NCBI GenBank assembly: GCA_963665165.1
Contig: OY761989.1
Location: forward strand, 1,903,734 to 1,967,733
Source: Arenicellales bacterium
GTDB lineage: Bacteria > Pseudomonadota > Gammaproteobacteria > Arenicellales > Poriferihabitantaceae
Length of the DNA: 64,000 nt
Direction: 5' to 3'
A program made the position numbers and the translations under genes. The notes beneath the pieces are model-generated. The model was not told the origin of the DNA. It ran no database searches and saw only the letters and a program-made list of their open reading frames with translations. Shown here piece by piece: positions 49,777 through 58,583 of the stretch (position 1 is the first letter of the stretch; each line of letters opens with the position of its first letter).

Positions 49777-50567
49777 TCCCGCACGACTACATAACGGAGT
49801 GGCGGGCTTATGCGCCCTGGGTGCAAGATTTTCAGGTAGAGCAGGATCTCGTCATCAGCCGGGCACTCATTGCAATTTTCGCCCACCCCTTTCTTGCAAA
49901 CACTCTGGCGTTCCGGGGTGGTACGGCGCTTTATAAACTTCACATTCATCCACCAGCCCGCTATTCCGAAGATATCGACCTTGTGCAGGTCAGGGCGGAG
50001 TCGGCCGGCCGAATGATGGACACGATACGGGAAGTTCTTGATCCCTGGCTTGGCAGACCACGATGGAAGCAGACCGAAGGTCGTGTGACTTTCGTCTACC
50101 GATTCCAGTCCGAAGATACGCCTCCACTACCACTCAGGCTCAAGGTGGAAATCAATTCGAGAGAACACTTTGCGGTATACGGATTAATTCAACGGCCATT
50201 CAGCGTCACCTCGCGCTGGTTTGAGGGGGAAGCGAAGATCACCACATATACGCTTGACGAGCTCATGGCGACGAAGTTTCGTGCCCTGTATCAGCGTCGG
50301 AAGGGCAGAGATTTGTTCGACCTGTTTATGGCCTTGGAAGAAACAGAACTCGACCCGAATCGGGTCATTACCGCTTTTTTGCAATACATGGCACATGGAG
50401 GCCACAATGTAACGCAAGACAAGTTCGAGCAGAATATCCGGGAAAAACTGCTTGATACCCGGTTCAACGCCGATATCGGTCCACTTCTAACTACAGAGTT
50501 CTCCTGGAATTCCCAGGATGCGATGAAGAGTATTCGCTCTCGACTGATCGCACGATTGCCGGAATGA
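49773..50567 (+). CDS. abiEii: AbiEii/AbiGii-family nucleotidyltransferase toxin (DUF1814)
   Basis: FRGGTALYKLHI...RYSEDIDLV (NTase motif), KVEINSREH and RGRDLFDL. Confidence 0.85.
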   Translation: MIPHDYITEWRAYAPWVQDFQVEQDLVISRALIAIFAHPFLANTLAFRGGTALYKLHIHPPARYSEDIDLVQVRAESAGRMMDTIREVLDPWLGRPRWKQTEGRVTFVYRFQSEDTPPLPLRLKVEINSREHFAVYGLIQRPFSVTSRWFEGEAKITTYTLDELMATKFRALYQRRKGRDLFDLFMALEETELDPNRVITAFLQYMAHGGHNVTQDKFEQNIREKLLDTRFNADIGPLLTTEFSWNSQDAMKSIRSRLIARLPE

Positions 50568-50786
50568 GTTGGAGATGCATGAAACAGCCTGTTGATCCAA
50601 AAACTCCAAGACAAAATCAGTACCTGATAGTTTTTCTCAATGAATGTATCTGGAAACGTACTGTACTATTCAAATGCTGGGAAGCAATGCAAAATCATTC
50701 AGGATAATTTTATCGGAATAACATCAAATGACGACACAATCTGATATTTTTCAAACTCTTTCGAAAGTAGCAATTGCACCTGCGCC

Positions 50787-50874
50787 GGAGAGTTGGCAGA
50801 GCGGTCGAATACGGTGATCTTGAAAACCGTTGACTGTAACAGGTTCGGGGGTTCGAATCCCCCACTCTCCGCCA
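50787..50874 (+). tRNA. tRNA-Ser(UGA)-like second copy (5 substitutions relative to copy 1; D-stem and anticodon-stem mismatches, possibly decaying)
   Basis: GGAGAGTTGGCAGAGCGGTCGAATACGGTGATCTTGAAAACCGTTGACTGTAACAGGTTCGGGGGTTCGAATCCCCCACTCTCCGCCA. It has the same length and anticodon as copy 1. By hand folding, C11/A24 and A30/C40 are mismatched. Confidence 0.6.
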
Positions 50875-51038
50875 CTACTTTTTATTAAGCCATTGAAGTT
50901 TTTAGAAAAGGATAGATTTTTTGTGTCATTGGAATTTTATTATTACTTTCAATATCATATTCTACGATTCGTTCCGACCAACGGGCGGCGAGTAACGACG
51001 GTCAAGACTGAAGCCTGTCCGACGTTAACAAATGACAT

Positions 51039-53159
51039 TTGGGGGAGCATATGCATGCAATAAAACGTTCATTTATGAACATAATCGAAGGCACCAAACA
51101 ATTTATCATTCCCGTCTTCCAGCGGGACTTCAGTTGGACCCGTGAGCAGTGCGAGCAATTGTGGCGTGATGTAAGACGTGCGAATGAGGGGGAAGTTGAT
51201 AGCGGACATTTCATGGGCTCAATCGTCTATATTGAGGCCGACCTTTCTAGCGCTGCTTTTCAAAGATGGTTGCTGATTGATGGACAACAGCGACTGACGA
51301 CATTGACGGTTCTCATGATCGCATTGCGCGACCACATCCAGGCAGTGTCTTGGTCTGGAAGCGATGACGGTCCTACAGCCGAAAGAATTAACGCATACTA
51401 CTTGAAGAATCTGCATGAGTCCGGGCAACGGCGGTACAAACTCATGCTGCGACGCAAAGACAATGCTACATTGCAAGCGCTGATTGACGGGGAGAGGACA
51501 ACCGACCTCGAAAACGAACACTCAGAGTTGCTCATCGACGCCTACGAGCTGTTCCTATCTAAGTTTCGAGAAACAGATTGTGACCCGGAAGATGTCTATC
51601 AAGGCATTGCCCGCTTGAACGTAGTTGACGTCACGCTTCGCCGAGGTGTCGATAACCCACAACTCGTATTCGAGAGCATGAATTCCACCGGGGTTAATTT
51701 GCGGCCAAGCGATCTAATTCGGAACTACCTCCTGATGGATCTGGGTGAATCGGAGCAGACCCAACTTTACGATAAGTATTGGAAAAAAATTGAGAGCCTG
51801 TTTCGATCATCGGGCGATGAGTTCGACAGCTTTCTGCGGGACTACATGGCGTTAGAGCAGGGTCATACTCGACAGATTCGTCTGGACCGCGTCTACGACG
51901 AGTTCAAGTCCTTCCGAAAACACGATAGTGGCAAGCCGATGGAGGTGTTGTTTGAGGACATGGTCCGGGTCGCTCGCACCTATGCATCGTTTCTTGGGAT
52001 CGCGCCAATGCAAGACTCACGGCTCGCGAATGCTATGAGCCATATGCGGTCATTGAACACGACGACCCCAAGGCTGTTAATCATGCGACTATACGACTAC
52101 CACGAAAAGGAGTCGCTATCTCAGGACGAGTTTGTCCGTGCTGTTGTGCTGATCGAGAGCTACCTGTTGCGCCGCGCCGTTCTCGGTTTGCAGACCCGTG
52201 GCTACTGGTCTGTCTTCGCCCGCATTGCACATGGTCTTAATCGCGAGTCCGTCTTCGAGTCGTTACAAGTCGAGTTCGCGCGGTTGAGGGACAACAATCG
52301 ATTTCCGAGTGACGAGGAATTCATGAGAGGATTGCAGGAACATAACCTGTATGGACTGCGTATCTGCAAGCACCTGCTGAACCGACTGGAAAACGCAGGA
52401 TATCAGGAGCCGAGCCCCGTCCATGACTACTCAATCGAGCACATCATGCCCGTAGATATCGCACAAACAACGGAGTGGCAGAACATGCTCGGAGAGAATT
52501 GGATGGAAGATCATGAGGTTTGGTTACACCGATTGGGCAACTTGACGCTGACGGCTTACAACAGCCGCTACTCCAATCGGCCGTTCGAGAAGAAAAAGAC
52601 TATAGAGGGTGGGTTCCGGCATAGCGCTGTCCGACTGAACGAGGATGTCAGAGATCAGGCGCAGTGGACCATTACGGAAATCGAAAACCGCGGGAACCGG
52701 TTGGCCACCCGTGCGCTTGCTGTATGGCCACCCCATGGAGCAGATGCAAAGAACATACAGGCGGCGGATATCCGCGATCTGAGGAAGCGTGCCGCAGAGC
52801 GAAACATTAGCGAGCTAGACATGGACGATGCAGTCCAAAATGTGCTCAATGGGATATTGTTATCCATTCGTGACTTGGTTGACGTCATTGAAGTGCTTGA
52901 GCACAAATCGGTTTGCTGTTATGGGCCAGATTTTTTCGCTGAACTGATACCGATGCGCCATTCAGTCAAAGTGATACTGCCACTACAGTTCAGTGAGGTC
53001 GAAATCCCTGAGGGGTTAGCTGTCCGTGATGCATCCACACAGAAATTCGTGGCGAATCGAGTACACACGGATAGTAACTTGATAGTAGAAGTTTCGGATA
53101 AGGCAGAAATCACGTCTGTTATGCGGATGATTCGCCAGTCTTTGGATCAGTCGCGGTAA
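51039..53159 (+). CDS. GmrSD-type DUF262 + DUF1524 protein (putative modification-dependent type IV restriction enzyme) with extra C-terminal domain
   Basis: The DUF262 part shows IPVFQRDFSW...GSIVYI...LLIDGQQRLTTL. The DUF1524 His-Me part shows YSIEHIMP...WLHRLGNLTLTAYNSRYSNRPF. An unassigned C-terminal region of ~170 aa follows. The start could be the ATG at 51051, which follows GGGGAG. Confidence 0.8.
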   Translation: MGEHMHAIKRSFMNIIEGTKQFIIPVFQRDFSWTREQCEQLWRDVRRANEGEVDSGHFMGSIVYIEADLSSAAFQRWLLIDGQQRLTTLTVLMIALRDHIQAVSWSGSDDGPTAERINAYYLKNLHESGQRRYKLMLRRKDNATLQALIDGERTTDLENEHSELLIDAYELFLSKFRETDCDPEDVYQGIARLNVVDVTLRRGVDNPQLVFESMNSTGVNLRPSDLIRNYLLMDLGESEQTQLYDKYWKKIESLFRSSGDEFDSFLRDYMALEQGHTRQIRLDRVYDEFKSFRKHDSGKPMEVLFEDMVRVARTYASFLGIAPMQDSRLANAMSHMRSLNTTTPRLLIMRLYDYHEKESLSQDEFVRAVVLIESYLLRRAVLGLQTRGYWSVFARIAHGLNRESVFESLQVEFARLRDNNRFPSDEEFMRGLQEHNLYGLRICKHLLNRLENAGYQEPSPVHDYSIEHIMPVDIAQTTEWQNMLGENWMEDHEVWLHRLGNLTLTAYNSRYSNRPFEKKKTIEGGFRHSAVRLNEDVRDQAQWTITEIENRGNRLATRALAVWPPHGADAKNIQAADIRDLRKRAAERNISELDMDDAVQNVLNGILLSIRDLVDVIEVLEHKSVCCYGPDFFAELIPMRHSVKVILPLQFSEVEIPEGLAVRDASTQKFVANRVHTDSNLIVEVSDKAEITSVMRMIRQSLDQSR

Positions 53160-53601
53160 CGGCTTGTAATCGGCAGTGTCTCTACATTGGTCAATGCCGA
53201 AAAAACTTGTTGGTCGATAGAGGAAGGTCGTGCCACTCGTATCCTGCTCCACCGTAGTGGATGGTTTCGACGCTGATCTCGCGTTGCCCTGACATTACCA
53301 ACGAACTCCGCCGTTCTTCAACTATACTCGTGCAATATGTGGGCTAGGCTGTGTACTTCTTGCCGTCGTAGCCCAAGTCCACTGTGGGCGCTCTTCCACA
53401 GCCCAACCGAGTAGGTCAACGTAATTCTGGCTGCGTGGGCAAAGAACCGCAAATTTTCCGCTTCACCGAAAGTCGGATCCGCAACTTGTATGACTCCATT
53501 TTGTGTGCGAAGGTGGCTTCCGGGAAGGATGTTTCCCATTTGCCATTGCCATCTTATTCTCTCCATAGCCTGGATTATGCCTCGATGAACCCGTGAAATC
53601 G

Positions 53602-54783
53602 TCAGGTTCCCTCAACTTTGTTTTTCAATATATTCGACATTAAGCTGGGGATGCCCGGTTCATAATAGTCCATGTCGTTATCTTCTCCACCAATTGTCTG
53701 CCAGATGAATCCGGTATGGTTAAAGGTTTCGAGAGCATACCGGACCGGTTCGTTTACAGTTCCGGGTAACGGGTTTTCCAGTAAAAACCCTTCGATTATT
53801 TTTTCGGCTGAAATCACCTGAATTTGCTCCTGTTGCAAAAAAGCGCCAGCCAGAGCTTCCGCAACGGGTAATAACCCGGCTTCCTTTATTTCCGTTTTTC
53901 GCGATTCATAGATCAAATTTCTTTGCAGGGCCACATCCTTTTCCACTGCCGCCACCATATCCATGGTAATTGTTTTGCTCCCGGTCTCAACCAGATTGCG
54001 GGAGAGAGCTTCGCCCCATTGTTGGATAAATACCGGATAACCCTGTGCGCGTACCACCGCCACTTCTTCCGCTACATCTGGAGAAAAACTGATATTCTGG
54101 TCGAGTAATGGTTTGCCAAGCGCTTCAACAGCGAACCGGTTCGATAACCGCCCCAGCGAAAAACAAGCGCATTTATCCCAAAAAGTTGAACTGGCTTTAC
54201 TGAATGTCACCTTGATATTTGGCGTTCCCGCCAGGACAAGCAAAAACTTGCAGCCTTCTCCACGAACATTCTGACTGGCGTTAAGCAATCCTTTGGCTAC
54301 TTCGGGGTCCAGTTCATGCGCTTCATCGATCATCAGCACAAACGGTTTCAGCCTGCATCGTTCCCTCAATATTTCGGTTTCATTCGTATAGATTCTGTCC
54401 TTGATGCCCGGAATACCCGCCTCAATGAAACCTGCGTCATGCTCTACCCTGATCCTGACCAGTTTGCTGATGGCATTGACCATGATTTTTATTCCCTTCT
54501 CGGTAACGCCGGAAACCAGCAGGCTCGTTAGCTGGCTTCTGTTTGAAATATCCGCCGGAGTTGTCCATAACAGGTCGATGCCCTGACCGTATTCTTCCCT
54601 GGTTTTCGACTCCAGATGACGAAGCAGGGATGTCTTGCCGTTTCCACGCGGACCAAAGACAATAATACTGGCGCCAGGCGGTTTATCCGTAACCAGCCTT
54701 CGGATGGCTTTATTGTAATAGTCCTTCTCTTTTTCTCGCCCGGAAAACCAGGGAGGCTTTACGATTTCCCGACAACCCCTCAC
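53602..54783 (-). CDS. AAA+ ATPase (ORC/Cdc6-like 'ATP-binding protein'), orphan
   Basis: FSGREKEKDYYNKAI is followed by Walker A GPRGNGKTSLL, Walker B FVLMIDEAHEL and sensor-like LAGTPN. The only plausible start is the GTG at 54783, which overlaps the upstream TGA. The longer ORF to 55272 overlaps the ybdK-like gene out of frame. Composition is visibly more AT-rich than the upstream gene. Confidence 0.6.
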   Translation of the reverse strand: MRGCREIVKPPWFSGREKEKDYYNKAIRRLVTDKPPGASIIVFGPRGNGKTSLLRHLESKTREEYGQGIDLLWTTPADISNRSQLTSLLVSGVTEKGIKIMVNAISKLVRIRVEHDAGFIEAGIPGIKDRIYTNETEILRERCRLKPFVLMIDEAHELDPEVAKGLLNASQNVRGEGCKFLLVLAGTPNIKVTFSKASSTFWDKCACFSLGRLSNRFAVEALGKPLLDQNISFSPDVAEEVAVVRAQGYPVFIQQWGEALSRNLVETGSKTITMDMVAAVEKDVALQRNLIYESRKTEIKEAGLLPVAEALAGAFLQQEQIQVISAEKIIEGFLLENPLPGTVNEPVRYALETFNHTGFIWQTIGGEDNDMDYYEPGIPSLMSNILKNKVEGT

Positions 54784-55961
54784 GCAGCCTCGACTTCCGC
54801 CCGTGTTTCTGCGAGCAGCAGGTCGACTACGCGGCATAGCGCCTCTTCGTGGGTGTCCCCTTCCAGGCAGCGCAACTGGTAGAGGTCCAACTGGCGGTCC
54901 GCGCTGGTGCCCTCCCTGATGATGGTCATTGCGTAGCGCAGCTCGGGCTCGCACCCCAGCGCACGGGCATCGGCGGCCAGCTCTTCGATGAGTTCGGCAA
55001 GGTAGTCCTGGATATCGACCCTGGAGCCCGTTATTCGCCGGTCTCCGAAGAAGGAGAATACGCCATAGCGGTGTGCGTTCCAGCGATCCTCGGAGATCAG
55101 TTCGGTCAACGGTCCGGGTGTCAGGTCGCCGTCCCGGTCCCGGCGCAGCAGCCATCTGATCAGCGATGCATACAGCGCCGCCATGCTCACCGCGTCCTCC
55201 AATCGCGTACAGACATCGCAAATGCGCATCTCCACCGTCGGATACGCATGGGAAGGGCGGATGTCCCACCATAATTCGCTGCCATCCGTGACAAAATTGC
55301 AGCGCTGAAGTTCCGCCAGCAGCTTCTCATACTCTGCCGACGAGCCGAACGGGGCAGGCAGGCCGGATCGCGGGAGACTTCCAACGACGGTCATCCTCCA
55401 GGATTTGAATCCGGTCCCGCGCCCGTCGCTGAACGGCGAGGACGTCGACAGGGCAAGGAGCAACGGCAAGTACTGCCGGAGCGCCGTCATCACCCGAATG
55501 CGCGCATCCGCATCGCCGAACCCCGCATGGATGTGCATTCCGCCGATCAGAAAGCGGCGCAGATTATCCTGATGGGCGGCCACAAATTGTTCGTAGCGTT
55601 CCTTCGGCGTGGTTGACTGTACCTGCCACCGCGCAAACGGATGGGTGGAGGCAGCCATTACCGCGGCCCCGTACCGCTCTGCCGCCGAGATGATAATGCG
55701 TCGGGTCTCGATCAAAGCCTCGCGCAGTTCGGCGACCGACTCACACACTCTGGTATTGCTTTCGATCTGGGAGCGCATCAACTCCCGCACAATCTTGTGC
55801 GGCCCGCATGTCTTTTCGCAGGTTTCGAAGATGCCCGGGTCGGGGTCAATGAGAAGGTCACGGGTCTGCGGGTCCACCAGAAAGCACTCTTCCTCGACTC
55901 CGAGCGTGATCTTCAGGTCATCGTGGTCCCCTGTCGTCGTCATCGGTTCAATCGGGTTCAT
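54780..55961 (-). CDS. Carboxylate-amine ligase, YbdK/GCS2 family
   Basis: LGVEEECFLVDPQT, GMHIHAG and WWDIRPSHAYPTVEMRICD are GCS2 (glutamate-cysteine ligase family 2) signatures. Confidence 0.85.
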   Translation of the reverse strand: MNPIEPMTTTGDHDDLKITLGVEEECFLVDPQTRDLLIDPDPGIFETCEKTCGPHKIVRELMRSQIESNTRVCESVAELREALIETRRIIISAAERYGAAVMAASTHPFARWQVQSTTPKERYEQFVAAHQDNLRRFLIGGMHIHAGFGDADARIRVMTALRQYLPLLLALSTSSPFSDGRGTGFKSWRMTVVGSLPRSGLPAPFGSSAEYEKLLAELQRCNFVTDGSELWWDIRPSHAYPTVEMRICDVCTRLEDAVSMAALYASLIRWLLRRDRDGDLTPGPLTELISEDRWNAHRYGVFSFFGDRRITGSRVDIQDYLAELIEELAADARALGCEPELRYAMTIIREGTSADRQLDLYQLRCLEGDTHEEALCRVVDLLLAETRAEVEAA

Positions 55962-55977
55962 GTGTTCTCCCCCTGGT

Positions 55978-57591
55978 TCAGGTCAGCGAAGCAACAATTT
56001 CGGGCGCCATGCGCAGGGTCAACGCGACGATCGTGAGCGTGGGGTTCGCAGTCGATGACGTAGGAAAAGCGCCGGCGCCCATTACAAACAGATTGCGGTG
56101 ATCGTGGCAGCGCCCGAACGGGTCAACCACAGAGGTGTCGGGGTTATTGCCCATTCGACAGGTTCCCATAAGATGCCCCGCCCCTTCAAATTGGTCTCGA
56201 TGCTGGACTTGCGACGCATTCATTTTCTGAAATATTTCGTTGTGCATGGTTCTTGCGCCGGACAAGGCGGACAAGGTGTACTCATCGACCCGATAGTGAA
56301 TTCGGGGCAGTGGAACGCCGTAACGGTCGTGGTCGGTTGAATCCAGGGAAATCCGGTTTTCGGGATCGGGCAGTTGTTCGCCCATTGAAGCCAGTTGTAA
56401 TTCCCGCGAAGAAATTTCAGTCACTTTGTTACGCAATTGCCGTCCCCGGTATCCCTGTTTCGAGAGAGATTGCGCCAACGTAAGCAACCCACCGGTTGGC
56501 CATGACCAGCCATCCGCGCTGATTTGAGTCCGTACTGATGCCTGAACGCTACGTTGCGGGCCATCCCTGAGGTTTTCTATGCCAGATGTCGATATGGGCC
56601 CGCGATAAGGCCATACAGGGTCCTTCGCCAACGCCCAGCTTAACTGAAGCGGATGATCCATCAGGTTCCGCCCCACTTGATCCGACCGGTTCGCCACGCC
56701 ATTGGGCAATGTGGACGATTGCGAATGCAGGAGCAGGCGCGGCGTTTCAACCGCGTTTGCGGCGAGGACATAAATTTGACCGGTGGCTTTACCGGATGAA
56801 CCGTCCGGCCGTCGAAACCGGATTCCTGTGATGTTCAGATCGGAATCGGTCTCCACAAAAGTCGCATTGGTCTTTTCATAGACTGCAGCCCCGTTTTTCT
56901 CGGCACGGCCAAGATGCACCGTAGCGTCATATTTGGCGCCCACCGGACAAATCGGGATACAACTTGCGCTGCCGCAACAGGCCGGTCGGCCATCAAAATT
57001 TGTCGAATTCCTGGCTTGCGGCGTTGCCTCCACCCGGTATCGGGTATTTTCCAATGCCTTTACATACGCCTTGTCCAGATATGACAGCGGAATCTCTTTC
57101 ATCGGAAAATGGCCGGAGCGCGGCGAACCCTGGTCCTGACCGGAGTCGCCGGCCACTGCCAGTTCGTGTTCGGCTTGCAGATAATAAGGCTCCAGATCCT
57201 GATAACTGATCGGCCAATCCACCGCCTGACCGTGTACGCTGTTCATCCTGAAATCATTGGGAACGAACCGGACCGTCGTGCCAAGCCAATGCCATGAAGT
57301 GCCGCCGACCGCCTTCAGATAGGTGCTCTTGAATGGATCGGGACCGGACTGGCGATACCAGATTCCGGGATTATGCGCCAGGGGAAACTCGACTTCTTCG
57401 GATGTGACATAAGGGCTTTCAGGCACCTTGATGAGCGCTTTCCGGAAGCGTTTCAGCGCTTCGTTGCGGTCAATGCGAGGCCCGGCTTCCAGAACGGCGA
57501 CGCGGATTCCCCGGGCAGACAGTTTTTCGGCGAGAATGGAACCGACGAAGCCGGAGCCGACAATGACAACCTGGGCGTTAATGGCGCTCAT
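55978..57591 (-). CDS. GMC-family FAD oxidoreductase (gluconate 2-dehydrogenase flavoprotein-like)
   Basis: VVIVGSGFVGSILAEKL (GxGxxG), VLEAG, and the C-terminal GTCRMG...VVD...HD..NLFVMGAGAFPTS. Confidence 0.85.
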   Translation of the reverse strand: MSAINAQVVIVGSGFVGSILAEKLSARGIRVAVLEAGPRIDRNEALKRFRKALIKVPESPYVTSEEVEFPLAHNPGIWYRQSGPDPFKSTYLKAVGGTSWHWLGTTVRFVPNDFRMNSVHGQAVDWPISYQDLEPYYLQAEHELAVAGDSGQDQGSPRSGHFPMKEIPLSYLDKAYVKALENTRYRVEATPQARNSTNFDGRPACCGSASCIPICPVGAKYDATVHLGRAEKNGAAVYEKTNATFVETDSDLNITGIRFRRPDGSSGKATGQIYVLAANAVETPRLLLHSQSSTLPNGVANRSDQVGRNLMDHPLQLSWALAKDPVWPYRGPISTSGIENLRDGPQRSVQASVRTQISADGWSWPTGGLLTLAQSLSKQGYRGRQLRNKVTEISSRELQLASMGEQLPDPENRISLDSTDHDRYGVPLPRIHYRVDEYTLSALSGARTMHNEIFQKMNASQVQHRDQFEGAGHLMGTCRMGNNPDTSVVDPFGRCHDHRNLFVMGAGAFPTSSTANPTLTIVALTLRMAPEIVASLT

Positions 57592-57628
57592 GGGCCATTC
57601 CGGGATTTATGGATAATCCGGTTGGTCA

Positions 57629-58081
57629 TCACCCGGCAGCCAGCGCAAGTGTCCAGTCATCGGGAACCGTCGAACAAACCGTTTTCGGCGTTGCGAACCA
57701 GGCGGCCTTCCAGGCCAGCGCGTCCGTGTACGTATCGACGAATGGATCGTCATCAATCGCAATGACACCGCCATACCAGGCCGTAATCACGACTTCAGCC
57801 AACTCGTCATCCACCGCCAGGGAAGAATCTTCCAGCGCGGAACCAAGCGAATCCGAATGACCGGAAGCCATGATCCAGCCGAGCAATTGCCGCGCCCGGT
57901 CGGGATTCAGCTCCTGAACCTCGAATCCGGTCAGATTCGATGAAAGTTGAAGAAAGCGGTCAACCTCCCCGGCGCTGGCTGAACCGGCAAAAATATCCGC
58001 TGACACCAGAACCGGCATCGCGCTAATGGCTGTCAGGAACTTTCGCCGAGAGACGCCGGGGTCATCTGTCGTCTGTGTCAT
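57629..58081 (-). CDS. Gluconate 2-dehydrogenase subunit 3-like small subunit with Tat signal
   Basis: The start is taken at MTQTTDDPGVSRRKFLTAISAMPVL (twin-arginine motif SRRKFL). It lies upstream of the GMC flavoprotein, as in membrane dehydrogenase operons. Confidence 0.7.
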   Translation of the reverse strand: MTQTTDDPGVSRRKFLTAISAMPVLVSADIFAGSASAGEVDRFLQLSSNLTGFEVQELNPDRARQLLGWIMASGHSDSLGSALEDSSLAVDDELAEVVITAWYGGVIAIDDDPFVDTYTDALAWKAAWFATPKTVCSTVPDDWTLALAAG

Positions 58082-58112
58082 CAATGGAATTCCGCTTGCC
58101 GATACCGCCTGA

Positions 58113-58583
58113 TTATAACCATTTCTCCATGAAAACAGACAACGGATCCTGTTCCGGGTAATCGCCGAACGAAGAGCGCTTTCGATATCCGGTTTTCCGA
58201 TACAGCGCCAGCGCTTCCGGTTGGTATATGCCGGTTTCGAGCCGGGCGACCCGGATGCCTTTTTCGACCAGGTGTTGTTCCAGCCGCTCCATGATCCGCC
58301 TGGATATGCCTTTCCCCCGGTGTGATTTTTTGACGAACACACGTTTGATTTCACCGTATTTTATTTCTTCACGATCATCGGTGAAGCGCTTGACCGCGCC
58401 GGTTCCAACCAGTTGCCGCCCCTGATAGGCGCCAATGAAGAACACATTCTCCCGCCGCAGTTCCTCGACCGGATCGAGATGGTTGGACTCCGCGGGATAG
58501 ATCGACAACTGGTATTCATCCAGTTCCCTGATCAGTTCCGATACGTCGGCATCAATCGGATCCACCTGCCTGATCTCGATCAT
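58113..58583 (-). CDS. GNAT-family N-acetyltransferase
   Basis: Acetyl-CoA binding block VFVKKSHRGKGISRRIMERLEQ (Q/RxxGxG/A) in a 156-aa protein. Confidence 0.85.
   Translation of the reverse strand: MIEIRQVDPIDADVSELIRELDEYQLSIYPAESNHLDPVEELRRENVFFIGAYQGRQLVGTGAVKRFTDDREEIKYGEIKRVFVKKSHRGKGISRRIMERLEQHLVEKGIRVARLETGIYQPEALALYRKTGYRKRSSFGDYPEQDPLSVFMEKWL

Noticed and set aside
53160-53601. Weak ORFs between GmrSD and the ATPase (53016..53252, 53318..53566, 53384..53596), plus a 34-codon frame (MSGQREISVETIHYGGAGYEWHDLPLSTNKFFRH).
   Set aside because: No recognisable family and no Shine-Dalgarno sequence or context support. They are treated as non-coding or decayed DNA.
54771-54790. aacccctcacgcagcc resembles the tRNA-Ser 3' end (aatccctcactctcc), a possible third att-like remnant at the island edge.
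   Set aside because: Only about 11 of 18 positions match. It lies within the ybdK-like coding end, which is consistent with chance.
54784-55272. N-terminal 160-codon extension of the AAA+ ATPase ORF (53602..55272).
   Set aside because: It overlaps the 3' part of the ybdK/GCS2-like gene out of frame and is Arg/Gly/Pro-rich. ATPase-like sequence starts only at FSGREKE.
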